The notes below the pieces were generated by a model, which was not told the DNA's origin, made no database searches, and saw only the letters and a list, made by a program, of their open reading frames with translations. Shown in pieces: positions 25,214 through 37,812 of a stretch of DNA of 64,000 nt; position 1 is the stretch's first letter; every line of letters begins with the position of its first letter. A program made the position numbers and the translations under genes. The DNA is taken from contig NC_068355.1 of assembly GCF_020536995.1 (NCBI RefSeq), forward strand, positions 63,216,738 to 63,280,737. Reading direction: 5' to 3'. This DNA comes from Dreissena polymorpha (taxonomy: Eukaryota).

Positions 25214-28106
25214 GACAATTCACCCCCAAGACAATTCACCCCCAGGAGACAACTCACCCCCTAGACAATTCACCCCTGCTTCCTGGACAATTCACCCCCA
25301 GATATTTTGTTGTTGTTTTCTTTTGCTGTTTGTTTAGGATTTAGTAATTACGAATATCTGTTTTCTAAGGATAGTTATTTGTATTCTATTTGATTTTTAT
25401 GAAGATCGAATAAAAGCATATTAAGATGTTCTCAGAATGTCTTTCTTTTTTTGATAAAATTACTTGCAATTGAAACATAACTGTGCTTTTTACCTATTGA
25501 TGTTTGTTTTTATTATTAACAATATATATAATCTTATTATTGTTTTTTTTATATTAAATAATCAATTATGTGTTTTGTTTTATTTAAGATTGTTTTTATT
25601 CATTAAAACAGTTTATATTTGTAAAACGTGTATAAATAAATAATAATGGTATTGGATACATTATTTGGAAATACTCCAATGTTTTTTAGTTGATAAGTTA
25701 TGCAAGATTTCGAAATTTTCATAATATTACTATGTTTATTTTTCAATGGGAAATATAATAATAAAATATTTGTCACATAGTCAGTCAACAAAATAACAAC
25801 ACCTATCTTATAAGATCTGTTTGACTAAATCCGTTGGAAATAAGCTTTTTCATGTTTACATGTCTAAGCTTTACGGGTTATCCTGTGTATACATCATGTC
25901 GTAATCTTATTTGGATCTATGATAAATGGCACCATTCATGTAATGCATGTTTCTGAATATGATAATAATGCAATCTATACGTTATTTATTGCCTTGATTG
26001 CATTGAATTGTAAATTGCTTGACATGTATGCACAAATAAAACAAACAAACAAACCTAAAAACAACCTTTTCACACCACTAAAGGTAACAATAAACAGATA
26101 ATCTGTCAGGCATTCAGAGCTGATGAGGGTACTGATTATCTTCTTCTGATTATCTAGTGGTAGATATACTGATTGGGGTTGCTTAGAGATAAGGCTGTAG
26201 TATGGAATGAGTTAACATACTGTATGATTGAAGTGGACTTGAATTGAGTACAATTAATGTAAAAAATACAACAACAACAACAACAACAGTTGTTGTTGTA
26301 AAAAATACATTACATTTCAAAACATTTTTAGTAGGACCATACTAGCGGTATTATAGTGGATTTAATAAATCATGAAGTACTCCTGTGTAAGTAGCATTTT
26401 AAAATTATAACAGAAAATGGCGTGAATTACTGGATTTGAAATGAATACTGATATTTGCAGACTAAAATATGTTTCAATACACAACATTACAAAACACAAC
26501 TTCTATTACTTATCCTTCAATGAGAGAAAATTGAACAACTTAAACGATAATAAGAATAAAAATAATTATTTTTTTAATGAAACACCTATGTTTATAGGCA
26601 GTTAAATAAAAATAATAATAAAAATATCAGGTGAACAAAAATGGAATTTTTTAATACAGGTATTACCAGGTATTATGCCCAGCCCAGTATATTTATTTGT
26701 CAATGTGTGTAACTGAAGTCTTTGTTTATAATAATAATAATTATATGTTTAAAAATAATATTTTTTTAATAATTATTAATAATAATTATTTGTGTAAAAA
26801 TAATAATCAAAATATCAAGTGAACAAAAATAGAATTTTTTAATACAGGTATTACCAGGTATTATGCCAAGCCCAGCATAATTATGTCATATGTCAATGTG
26901 TGTAACTGAAGTCTTTGTTTATCTGTTTTGACACTTTGATCAATCTGTTTTGACACTTTGATAAAGCCTCGCCAGGGGTGTGAATGCGTGATTGTAATAC
27001 CCTTTAATTGCACGCTCCCAACCAGATTAAATTTCCTTTCTTTAATTAAGGTTTTCTTATCAATTAAACCATTTTATTTTATAAAATTAATTATCCTATC
27101 TAACATGAATAAATAAATAATTGTGATATTAATGTAAAATTCTAAGAATTTAATGAAATTTTATTAATCATCTTCAATATTTGACAAAGTACTAATAATA
27201 AAATAGTAAAATAATATTATTATTTAAAACAAATGCACAAATAATATAAATACAAAAAACTGTATTTCAATTTTATATGTTGTAACACAGTTTATAGAAA
27301 AATACATTGGTTGAATTGCATTTGACAAAAAACACAATGTCATCTTTCATTTACATACTACATTTATTATTTTCACGTCAAAATTGTGTGCAAAGTCAAA
27401 ATTATAACCCCAGAACATCTGCTCACAAATTATGTTCAAATATGACAAAAGCAAATGACCATAAAATCATAAATCTGTTTTGACACTTTGATAAAGCCTC
27501 GCCAGGGGTGTGAATGCGTGATTGTAATACCCTTTAATTGCACGCTCCCAACCAGATTAAATTTCCTTTCTTTAATTAAGGTTTTCTTATCAATTAAACC
27601 ATTTTATTTTATTAAATTAATTATCCTATCTAACATGAATAAATAAATAATTGTGATATTAATGTAAAATTCTAAGAATTAAATGAAACTAATTAATCAT
27701 CTTCAATATTTGACAAAGTACTAATAATAAAATAGTAAAATAATATTATTATTTAAAACAAATGCACAAATAATATAAATACAAAAAACTGTATTTCAAT
27801 TTTATATGTTGTAACACAGTTTATAGAAAAATACATTGGTTGAATTGCATTTGACAAAAAACACAATGTCATCTTTCATTTACATACTACATTTATTATT
27901 TTCACGTCAAAATTGTGTGCAAAGTCAAAATTATAACCCCAGAACATCTGCTCACAAATTATGTTCAAATATGACAAAAGCAAATGACCATAAAATCTCA
28001 TATACAAATATGGGGGTGAATTGACTTGGGGGTGAATTGTCTTTGGGGGTGAATTGTCCAAGGAAATCAAATTCTGGGGGTGAATTGTCCAGGGGGTGAA
28101 TTGTCT
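25214..28106. mobile_element. Non-autonomous DNA transposon (~2.9 kb) with complex TIRs made of 5 subterminal ~16-bp repeats (gacaattcaccccc / gggggtgaattgtc)
   Basis: Left end 25214-25299 is the reverse complement of right end 28012-28106. The interior has no long ORF but carries tandem duplications (26540-26900, 2 x ~190 bp; 26900-27990, 2 x ~545 bp). Confidence 0.65.
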
Positions 28107-29811
28107 GACACCCCATGCTACAACAAAACGTACGGTGTCATCACGCTATCTTTCGTTTTTCTTGGTCATTTTGACGTAATGACTCAAAAATTATCTCAAT
28201 TAATAAGGTGTACGTTGCCGTCTATCTTTAATCATTAATCGGACGGGCTATACGAGTACACTGCGAACTTCGGCGGTCAACTTAGGGAAACTTGAGTTGT
28301 TAGCTTAAATAGACCAATTATTTTTTGTATGAACCGTATGTATATATATATATACGTGTGCACAGCATGCGTCTTTCTTACGTAGTACTTTTATCTCCAT
28401 TAAGATCAACGTACATACGCCACAGGAAATAAGATTCCCAAATTCCTTGTGTTCTAAACAAGCCGCATAATGCGGGGGTGGGGTCGTTTTTTAAGACCCG
28501 ACATCAATATGTACTAATTGTTTAATGCAAAAGAACGATACGCGCACACCGTTTATTTGAATTCGCGCGAAACGTTTTATTTCTTATGTATTTTTATTAG
28601 TTAAGTCGACATGACCTCTGACATTAAGTTTTCAGCTTGGACGTTGCAATGGTCTCTGTTGTTTTATCGCGTCCACTGCTTAAACCCCGGACAAAGTGTT
28701 GAACTTCTATTCATTTAAATAGACACTAGGCTGTGATTTTGACCTTGAACATACTGGACAAACAGCCGGTACCATTTTGCTGATCGCTTTTGCCAAATTC
28801 ATGTCCATATTGACTGCAATAAGTTATGCTGCGAATAACGATGTGTTTAAAACTAATTTCTTTTATTTAACTTTGAACTATCAATTTATTTGAAACCGAC
28901 CTTGATATAGGAGCACGCGTGTATTAATATGTTCTATTTTTTTAAGAACACGGTCAGATTGTAAAGCACAAAATCTATAGTGTGTATACTACTAGTAACT
29001 AAACTGATACTTTATGCTACTTGTCATTTTTAAGCATCTAACAGTATCAATAAATAATTATCATAAAGATTAATATTCGCATGCAGCTCTATAGTAAGGG
29101 AAGCTAAATTACACCACATATTATTTTTATATTAAACTTTTGAATTACACATATTGTTACCGATACAAGTAAACGTTCACGAGTTTGTTTTAGTTCTTAC
29201 TATTGTTTTACTTGTATCTAAATGTTTAAGTATTCCTTAGTATGAATTTGGTGTCTGGCAATTTAAAAAATTGTCATTGGTCTTAACTTCTTATGCATTA
29301 ACACGTTTGTTTTTGCAACAACAACGCAATTGACTTTTTAATTCTATAAATGTGCTTGAATGTCTGAAATAATGTTGGCTAAATCAATTTCAAATGATGT
29401 TATTGTCTATTCATTTGCTCGCAGTGTTGGCATGAATGTAAGATAAATGCGCACTGAAAAATGTGTCTCAGTGTGAACTAGATTATATAGTAAACTGTAG
29501 ATACTTAACAATTCCAGCAGAAATACATATGCTGTCATGAAACGTATTTGTTTAACCTCTCTAGCGTTGTTGCAACACTTACTAACTATCATAAGGGGAC
29601 TGTGCTTCGTAATAATGTATTCCCTTTTCAAGTTTTAAACCGAGTATATCAGTTTCAATTTAGCCGGAAAGACATGAATGGGCGTAGCTTTTCTTGACCG
29701 AATTACTCAATTTTATCGGTATCGCCGTTTCTGTCGACCATACATGGACAAATTAACGGATATAATTTAATTGTCATACGGCAAATCATACAATAATATG
29801 AGCCTTGTTCT

Positions 29812-30046
29812 GAGAAAACTGGGCTTAATGCATGTGCGTAAAGTGTCGTCCCAGATTAGCCTGTGCAGTCCGCACAGGCTAATCGAGGACGACACTTTCC
29901 GCCTTAATTGAATTTTTGCATAGAAGAGACTTCATTTAAACGAAAAATGTCATAAAAGCGGAAAGTGTCGTCCCTGATTAGCCTGTGCGGACTCCACAGG
30001 CTAATCTGGGACGACACTTAACGCACATGCTTATGCACAGTTTTCT
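29812..30046. mobile_element. MITE-like palindromic element (235 bp) with ~55-bp TIRs (gagaaaactgggcttaatgcatgtgcgtaaagtgtcgtcccagattagcctgtgc), each arm containing its own hairpin
   Basis: 29812-29866 is the reverse complement of 29995-30046. Inner hairpins are agcctgtgc...gcacaggct. A diverged fragment lies at 37020-37090. Confidence 0.5.
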
Positions 30047-31404
30047 CAGAACGCGACACATATTATCCATCCAGGCCGCTGAACATGTGTTTCCAATAAG
30101 CTCGAAATATTCAAAACTATATTTTACGACCATCATCGAAGGAAAATGTCTCCAACCACCTTATGCGCGTGTGCGTGTTGCTGGGATTTTGAAAGGTTAC
30201 ATTGTCCGCACCGCACCAGTATTCATACGCGTTCGTCCCCGATGAAATAGTTCCAGTGTTTACCACATTTTCTAGAGTATCATGTCATTACACCGACATC
30301 GCGTGTCTGGGGGAAAGTTTCTTTAGTTTGATTTTTATTGCACCACCGACTCCCGGATAAAAACAGATAAGTGTTTACGGCAAAGAAATAATAAGATGCG
30401 ATTTATTTAGTCAGAGACGTATCTCTGATTGAGTAGATCTGCTTCATCGTAAATATTACTACAGTATTATTGTGTTATTTTCCTCCATAAACAATAGCGA
30501 GAGTACTATCCTTCCGTATAGCTCAGACAACCAAACAGTTTTGAATTTATGAAATGTTTCTTGTATAACTAATGTATATGTATTTAGAATGTCTTCATCG
30601 AGCGGAACCACGGTACCATTACCAACACCTCTACCAATAAGAACTTCAACCTGCTGCTAGTTTTTCTACTTATGCGGATATTGTCAAACCATGACGTCAC
30701 CACTCATGTAATACACTTCATAATTTTTGCACATCGTTCTTTTCATGCCTTATCTGCAATTCGGAATATGTATATTGTCCATTTTTCCAAGACCTTTCCG
30801 ACAGGTTTTCTGTGGTAAAGACCTTTGACGTAAGGTCATTGTTAACGTTTTACGTCAACGACCTACGGACGTCAAAATACTGATACAAATTTCCTACATG
30901 TACAGATAGAAAAGGAAACCTACGACGGCATGTAGCGTTCGACGGGCTCATTCGGTGTGGGTTGCGAAAAGTAAAGAACCCTTTGAAACTCTGACGGACA
31001 TCTAGTAAGGGGACCGGGAACCATTTGCCATTTGAATAATGCGTGTCATTGAATTACTTCAGTTTTACAATTAACTTTACTAGCTTATAAACAATGGCAG
31101 ATATTTACCGATGTCTTTTCTACTTTTAGTTGTTGTTTTATTTGTTTGCGCAAATATTTTTTTGTAGGGTGACTAAAAATAGTCCCGCACTTCTAGTCAA
31201 ATGTAAATGAGGAATTATGAATAAGGAACCATCCTTTTTTCCAATGACACAACTAAATAAAAACAACACGATTTCCATTTTCATATGTATATTCTAATAT
31301 TTTTTTTGCAAATTTCACATACGCTTGCACAGCATGCGACGGACGTCAATCAATCTACGTCACAATCTCGCAGACGTTCGTATGTCGCACTAATTCCAAT
31401 CAAT

Positions 31405-31557
31405 CTAAGCAAGGGCATTGATGTTCTGATCAAGCCACGCCCTATAGGTGGAGACCCGCGTGTACACGCTGGGGCGGCTGGTGCTACAGCCGGCTGCGCC
31501 CCATGACGTCACTCCGGCCAGGACGCCATTGCAGACCATCGGACCGCCGCTGTCGCC
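31405..31557 (-). CDS. Trypsin-like serine protease, exon 6 (last): ..GDSGGPMVCNGVLAGVTSWGAAGCSTSRPSVYTRVSTYRAWLDQNINALA*
   Basis: It contains the GDSGGP active-site serine motif. The acceptor is ttacag| at 31558-59, the stop is TAG (plus-strand cta at 31405-07), and it is in phase with exon 5. Confidence 0.8.
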   Translation of the reverse strand, partial: GDSGGPMVCNGVLAGVTSWGAAGCSTSRPSVYTRVSTYRAWLDQNINALA

Positions 31558-32469
31558 CTGTAATTTCAGCCAAGCGATAGAACATTCGTCTTAACGGCTT
31601 ATTTCATCAAAGCACTTGATGAAATATATCTATTAGATTAAATATTGGAACATTTTACTTAACATTATAATCAATTGGGAACACTTCCCAAAAGCCGCCA
31701 CTGAGCGTCATTAATGCGCCACCCCAATCGTTTTGTTGTTGATCTTGATCAATAGAGATGTTTACATGTACAACACATATGATTCTCGTTATAGATCCTG
31801 CGATTATTTTCACTCTATTTAATAAAGCGCTATCTGTTTGACCAAACAAATGTAAATTCATGTGGAATCGATGCATCATACGGTGCATGCGAAAAGTTTA
31901 GGTACACATGTACTTACATATCGCCGGTTAGAGTTAACATTATACTAAATGGTCATGTAATAATATACTAAACACTCGAGTCATGTAGGATTTACTTTTT
32001 AAATCAATCACCATGTTTTATTCGAAGGCATGTTTACACTTCAGACGGTTGTTTTTGGTTCGATCTATTGGAGATATTGATATAGCGTTCACTACTATAT
32101 CACTGAAATATGATAATGTTTGATACTATAGTAAAACATTGCGCAAACGAGCAACATTCAACTGCAAAACGGCTGAAAAAAGAATCGACAAAACAGAAGA
32201 TTTTTATTTGTGTAAAGTTCATTCTTTCAAATTACATTAAACACCTTTTTTATTGTTCAACGTAAAACTGTATCTAGAATGCTCAGTTAGAAAAAGGTAT
32301 GGTTATGGTGTTTTTATGTGAACAATATTGCATTTATCTTCGCTTGAACGAGTCGCTATAATATTGAATTTAAAAAAAAACCTATTATATTGTGGCCTTT
32401 TTAAATTGTCAAATTAAAAGGTTGTTTTCTCTTACAGGGCATAGACAAATTATTAATAAGTTCATTTTA

Positions 32470-32640
32470 ATAAATAGAGGATATTTGTTGGTTTCGGTAG
32501 CATATCGAATTTAATTCACGAGTGATCATAGAAATTTATATTTTCACGAGTGGCGTAGCCACGAGTGAAAATATTTTTTTCTATGATCACGAGTGAATTA
32601 AATTCGATATGCTACCGAAACCAACAAATTTTCTTTTTAT
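32470..32640. repeat. 170-bp near-perfect palindrome (arms ~75 bp) that keeps four directly oriented copies of the 8-mer cacgagtg
   Basis: The left arm ttgttggtttcggtagcatatcgaatttaattcacgagtgatcatagaaa is the reverse complement of the right arm, except that the cacgagtg motifs stay in direct orientation. A diverged half-copy lies at 34225-34325. Confidence 0.6.
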
Positions 32641-33051
32641 TTTATGCTTATTTTTGTAGTTTTGTTAATTTTCCGAATTTGCCTCATTAAGTTTCCCCGT
32701 GGGGTGCCTCAATTTTTAGAACGCACAAAGAACTTACTACACAAGAAAATAGTTCACATCTGTAAAAAGTGTATTACTATTAAAATCAATGTTTTATTCA
32801 ACATATATCTTTTTCATACTTTATACATTCAATATTATTACAAACAATAGTTTAATTTAAATTATTATGAAATTAATAGTGTTGCATATACTGGCGTAGT
32901 AATTTGTGTATTCAACTGATCTCAAAGTTACGAAAGTGCTCGCCATGTTGAACAACACTTTTACGACTTGCTGGATTAATAACACATAACTGGATTAAAC
33001 TAGGAACGCAAACATATTTCAACAGTGTTTTTGTGCTAAATGGTTTCGATA

Positions 33052-33496
33052 TCAATCACTGTCACTCTCTGCAATAAGACGGATTCGCTTGTAGTGTCGC
33101 TGTACAGGGGAATCTGCGGTTACCGCCGGTGTACGGGATGGAGATTGCCTCTGGTGATTTACTACGTTCTGTGTCTGGGAAAGGCCCATGTAAGATTCAG
33201 AGTTGTGAAAATTAAATGTTACATTGCCCTGGAAATGTGAGTTGACAAAAAATCCTCGGGCCATCGGAAAATCACTTGATGCAGGTGTGGCTGACGCAGT
33301 GGCAGTGGCTGTGCGGTTGTGCTTTTCAACTGACTGGTTTGAATGAGAAAGTATTTTTGAAATATTTTTTGACTGTTCCTTGTTCAAACTGCTGTAATTA
33401 TTTAAGCTGTTAATATTTCTGTGCCCTGAAATCTGTATTATTTGATGAGCAGGAACATTCTCGTCATTCAGCTTCTGAATCAAGTGCTTTCTTGCA
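33052..33496 (-). CDS. Crypton-like tyrosine recombinase, exon 3: ...(S)ARKHLIQKLNDENVPAHQIIQISGHRNINSLNNY... (C-terminal catalytic-Tyr region)
   Basis: The motif IQISGHRNINSLNNY matches the Crypton/Cre-type C-terminal box (cf. Cre MQAGGWTNVNIVMNYI). The acceptor is ttttttcag| at 33497-99, phase 2, and the stop is at 33052-54. Confidence 0.7.
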
Positions 33497-33825
33497 CTGA
33501 AAAAAGTTTATTTCTATGGTAAAAATAAAATCGATATTCAACGGTACACATGACATATTACATAAGATATAAGTTGTAATTGTTTTGTGTGCTCTTGAAA
33601 CACTTCAATAAATACATGGTGGTCTGTCAAGTACTGGATGTAATGGAACCGGAAAGTAGAGGAATAGTACTAGTCGAGTACAGGAGATTTTATGAATTAA
33701 AATTTTGAGTGTTGTAGCATGTAAATTGGACAAACAACACCTACTTAATAAATGGGAGGTAAGTGATTTTTATTATATATTTTAGTCTTGTTATGAAAGT
33801 AGTGTATATAATATGGGGTTTTGAC

Positions 33826-34077
33826 CTGTATGGGGTGATTCTTGGCTCTTGAATACCAGCATCTGTTTTCATCTCGGTCATTATGCTGTATAGCTTGTTT
33901 ATTCCCATGGCAGACTTCCTGAACCAGCATTGCTGTGTCTTGTTGCCAGGAGTTAAGAAGAAGGGGCTGTCTTCTGTCATCATGTCAACAGGGCGTTTGT
34001 CGGCATATAGCTTGTAGAGATGCACCGGATCTCTGTCAGGTTGTTCGGGAACTGCATATGCCCGTGGCTTGACTTTC
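33826..34077 (-). CDS. Crypton-like tyrosine recombinase, exon 2: (R)KVKPRAYAVPEQPDRDPVHLYKLYADKRPVDMMTEDSPFFLTPGNKTQQCWFRKSAMGINKLYSIMTEMKTDAGIQEPRITPY
   Basis: Acceptor cattcatag| at 34078-80 and donor AG|GTCAAA at 33825-24. Both junctions are phase 2 and join without stops. Exon 2 ends ...ITPY. With exon 3 this gives ITPYSARKH, i.e. box II with Tyr in place of the usual His (cf. Cre HSAR). Confidence 0.7.
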
Positions 34078-34454
34078 CTATGAATAGTTAAAATGTGTGT
34101 TGCATTAAATGTTTTGTTTAAATTAAATACTATTCCAACAAAAGTGAAGTCTACTGTATATTAATAATACAAATAAGAATTATATTGTAAAAAAAGGTCT
34201 ATAAATTCACTTGTGATAATAGAAAATATATATTTTCAATTGTGGCTTCGCCACTCGTAAAAATAATAATTTCTATGATCAATCGTGAAATAAAATCGAT
34301 ATTCTACCTTAACCAACACATATCCTCCATGTTTGTATTATTTTTACTAAAGAAAAATTCCATTTAAATATTTTATAAACAGTACCAGTTTTTATATAAA
34401 TAAAAAATTATCAATTCAGATTTGTGTACAAATATATTAAAGTAGGAAAATCAC

Positions 34455-35323
34455 CTTATATCCCTAGGATTTTCACCAGTACGGGTTTTTGTCTGACGCT
34501 CAGTGTCGAAGGTGATGAATTCTTCACCAGTTTCAAAATCGATTCCAAGGCTGACATCACCCCAGCATAGGGTGTGAATTTCCTTGCCGGTTCTCATCCC
34601 AAAATGGGTTGTACATATAAGCCACAGTGAGTGTAATAGAGCTCTTGGGCTTGATTCTCCCAGAGTTTTAGCTGCGTACATAGCTTCAATATGTTCATTT
34701 GTTAATGCCTGGGCTTGATGCGGTTTATTTCCATAACCTTCTTTTTTCAGAGCTTTTTGTTTACTTTTTAATACTTCCCTCACTTTGGCAAATTCAGGGT
34801 CATTTATCAAAGAGTGCTTGTAGTTCATGTGCCTTAAATGCCTGTCGATTGAGCTTAAAAATGCCCTCAAAGATGTGGGTTCATACTCTGATCCATCTTT
34901 TTTAGTCACACCCAACAAAAACTCGCAGACCAGAGGGTTCAATTCATGAGGAGGTATATTTTCAATATTTCTTGCCTCATTTTTGTGACTTTTTAGGAAA
35001 GTTTTGAAAAGTCTGATGTCATTGTCGGTTTTCTTTTTTGTATTTAAATTTTCGTTTTCAAGCAGAAAGCTATCCACACTTACAGATCTGAAATTCCTTG
35101 TTGGTGTTGATGTTGGGTTTTGTTCTTTTTCTTCCTGTGTTGATGCTGTTACCAGTGGATGTGGGGCTGATGTTGCTGCTCCTGCTGTTGGTGCTGCTGA
35201 TGTTATTTCTTGTGATTTTGAAGCGCTGTCATCATCTTGTTCATTCATTTCATTAAAAAAGTCATCAAAGTCAAAGATATTTGAGAAAAGAAGATTTATT
35301 TCATTGTTTTCCAATTCATCCAT
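34455..35323 (-). CDS. Crypton-like tyrosine recombinase, exon 1: N-terminal acidic region plus SAM-like/N-terminal recombinase domain (MDELENNEINLLF...LRAFLSSIDRHLR...TGENPRDI)
   Basis: ATG at 35321-23. 289 codons to the donor AG|GTGATT at 34455/34454. Predicted total protein ~521 aa across 3 exons. Confidence 0.65.
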
Positions 35324-35885
35324 TGTTGTTAAAGAGTTAAGCAGCAGACGAAATAATTATGTTTAAGGGAGGTAAATGTGTGTTTCAGGTTCAAGTAGAC
35401 TAGTCTCCCTTGAATGAAAATTGCAATTGAGGCTCACCATGGGGTTATTGGGGAAGTAGTTCCAGTATCTAACTGAAACAGTGAAAAATAACGATATTTT
35501 TCACTGTTATGTTTCACTGTTTGAAACAGTGAAATACCACTTTTATTTCACTGATATTTCTCTATAAACCACCGGAAAGCATAAAATAAAATGTCGTTAT
35601 TCAATTTTGCGACGAAACGCCAATGAGAGAAGGATGCAGTTACGCCGCTAATTATTATTCGTAATTATGACGAGTTGAGAGCACGTCTTGTTATAGAGTA
35701 CATGTATATGATAATACGTTTTAGAGCACATTAACGCCCGCGAAACGGTTATTCATCGGAGACGCGATCTGCGATCAATTCATCCATACATAATTGTGTA
35801 CGTCACAAATACCGCCATGTCGCGAAATAACTCACAAAGCCACCCAGCGGTTACCCATACATTCACACATATAATTAAAACGTAC

Positions 35886-36022
35886 GTTGCAGCTTCCGGT
35901 CTGCGGGTTATCGATGCAAATGTGCGCGACGCTGTTGTAGTTGGTGAGCCAGCTTAGCAAGCAGTCGAAGTCGGAGAGGATCCTACCAGTCGTCTCCTGG
36001 AGCTGTTGAGTAGTTGGGCCGC
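35886..36022 (-). CDS. Trypsin-like serine protease, exon 5: (S)GGPTTQQLQETTGRILSDFDCLLSWLTNYNSVAHICIDNPQTGSCN
   Basis: Acceptor tttggtttcag| and donor AAC|GTACGT at 35885-84. Conserved ILSD..C and SCxGDSGGP context. Confidence 0.8.
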
Positions 36023-36266
36023 CTGAAACCAAAAGTTTTTTACACTTATCTGAACACACAAAATTATAAAGATTTACAGGGGTTCGCGCTGTATTAAATC
36101 AACATTATTCGCTGACGTGCTGTGTCAACCTTATACATGTACAAATCCTACTTACAGATGCACTCGCGCAAAAATTAGTATTATTCGCACCCGTGAAACT
36201 TAGTACCCATGACCAACATTTACAAAGTAACATTATTTTTCGCCTTAAAATGAGAACTATTCGTAC

Positions 36267-36435
36267 TCGAGGAATTTCGTCCCCAGCCACTGATTACACA
36301 GGTGACTCCCACGAAGTTGGCGTTGTTCGCGGCGAGTTGGACAGCGGCGTGGTCGGTCAGATCCATCATCGAGTCCACCTGCATCACCGCGATATCGTTC
36401 GGAAATGCGCCGCTCCCGCTGTTGTAGTTCTCGTG
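36267..36435 (-). CDS. Trypsin-like serine protease, exon 4: HENYNSGSGAFPNDIAVMQVDSMMDLTDHAAVQLAANNANFVGVTCVISGWGRNSS
   Basis: Contains the catalytic Asp in NDIAV and the SGWG motif. Acceptor ccgcacag|, donor A|GTACGA (weak), phase 0 to 1. The track ORFs 36193..36498(+) and 36257..36466(-) are in wrong frames. Confidence 0.75.
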
Positions 36436-37115
36436 CTGTGCGGACGCACAAAACGAAGTTTAACAAATTATTCAGTTGTTATGCGACGTTGGAAATAATG
36501 TATTTCGAAGGATGGAGAAACCGCTGTACTTGGAAGATACCATTGGTGTCCGCTATGTTGACTACCAATTTAACTCACATGCGACAGGAGTTGGAACTAA
36601 ACTCGTGTAAATCGAGGTGAGAAGCGCGTGTTCCAACAACAACTGCGTTAACCGGATAGCGTTGGAACCCGCGTTATCGCAAACAACCTAATCGTGATTC
36701 GATTTAACTGTGACGGACTACATACTTTCTGACAGTAGTTAATACTGTTTTACAACACGTATGCAGTTCAACAACTTGGATTTTGCTGCTGAAATCTTGC
36801 AAACATGGAACAATTGACTCGGGGTATGTGTGAGATTTGAGCCATAAGGTTGTCAAGACAGAATCAATCACGCAAGTCAAAATCCGTTTCTTTGAAAATA
36901 ACAGCAGTTCTTACTGTTCATAATAAAGTTATTTGAGCGGCATAATCAATACGTATATTATTACAAGCTGGATGTTCGAACACAACAGACGTCCTATAAC
37001 CAAAAAACTTCCATACACGCGGAAAGTATCGTCCATTATTAGCATGTGTATAATGGAAGGGCAAAGCTGGGACGAAACTTTGCTTACATGCATCAAGACC
37101 ATAAATCTCACTTAC

Positions 37116-37200
37116 CACAACGATTTTCGCTACGTTGTACCTCTTCGTGTTTGGGTCCATCATATTGCCGTTGTTAAGGACAACCGAGTACGTAGCCGAA
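37116..37200 (-). CDS. Trypsin-like serine protease, exon 3: (T)SATYSVVLNNGNMMDPNTKRYNVAKIVV
   Basis: Acceptor ctttaattag| and a consensus donor GTG|GTAAGT. Confidence 0.8.
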
Positions 37201-37490
37201 CTAATTAAAGAAAGAGACATACAAAGGTTGATTTAGGGCGACACTTGCCGCCAACGACTTCGTTTGTAATGAACCTTCTACACAAACAAAGATCGAGAAA
37301 AAATTAATAAGGAAATACTTTAATGAGTACAATTTCATAATGAAAAGATTGCGCCACAGTCACGACCCCAAGGCCCGCGACGAAAGAGAAACGGCGTGTG
37401 TAGACCATGGCTTTCCTGGTGGTGATGATGAAAGCGACGATTATGATGATATTTAATACTTAATTATGCACCAATGAACTAAAAACCTAC

Positions 37491-37692
37491 GTATCAATGC
37501 AGTGTGCGGCCGTAACGACCACGCGGCCCCCGACGATAGAAGCCCCGCACGTGTGGAACCAGGCATTGCTTGAGACATCCCAGCGTTGTAGCGACACCTG
37601 GTGTGGGTGCTTGGATGTAGTCGTGTCCACCCCGTTGATGATCCGGGACTGCCCTGGATTTTGATAATACGTGATCATATAAACATTATCAG
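37491..37692 (-). CDS. Trypsin-like serine protease, exon 2: propeptide ADNVYMITYYQNPGQSR | IINGVDTTTSKHPHQVSLQRWDVSSNAWFHTCGASIVGGRVVVTAAHCID(T)
   Basis: Catalytic His in TAAHC. The Arg|IING activation site is typical of trypsin-family zymogens. Acceptor tttcatcttctaccggcag| and donor AC|GTAGGT. Confidence 0.8.
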
Positions 37693-37812
37693 CTGCCGGT
37701 AGAAGATGAAATAATTTTAAGTCAGGTAAATAAAGTCTTTTTTTTTAGTATTGGCAAGATAGTAAGCAGCGTCAGATGCATGAATAGTCAACGTGAATAG
37801 ATTTGTACCCAC

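Noticed and set aside
31285-31506. ORF 31285..31506(+), 73 aa
   Set aside because: It is antisense to the last exon (GDSGGP..) of the serine protease gene.
36193-36498. ORFs 36193..36498(+) and 36257..36466(-)
   Set aside because: They overlap protease exon 4 but in the wrong strand or frame. The conserved trypsin peptide (HENYNSGSGAFPNDIAVMQ..) is in a third frame bounded by splice sites.
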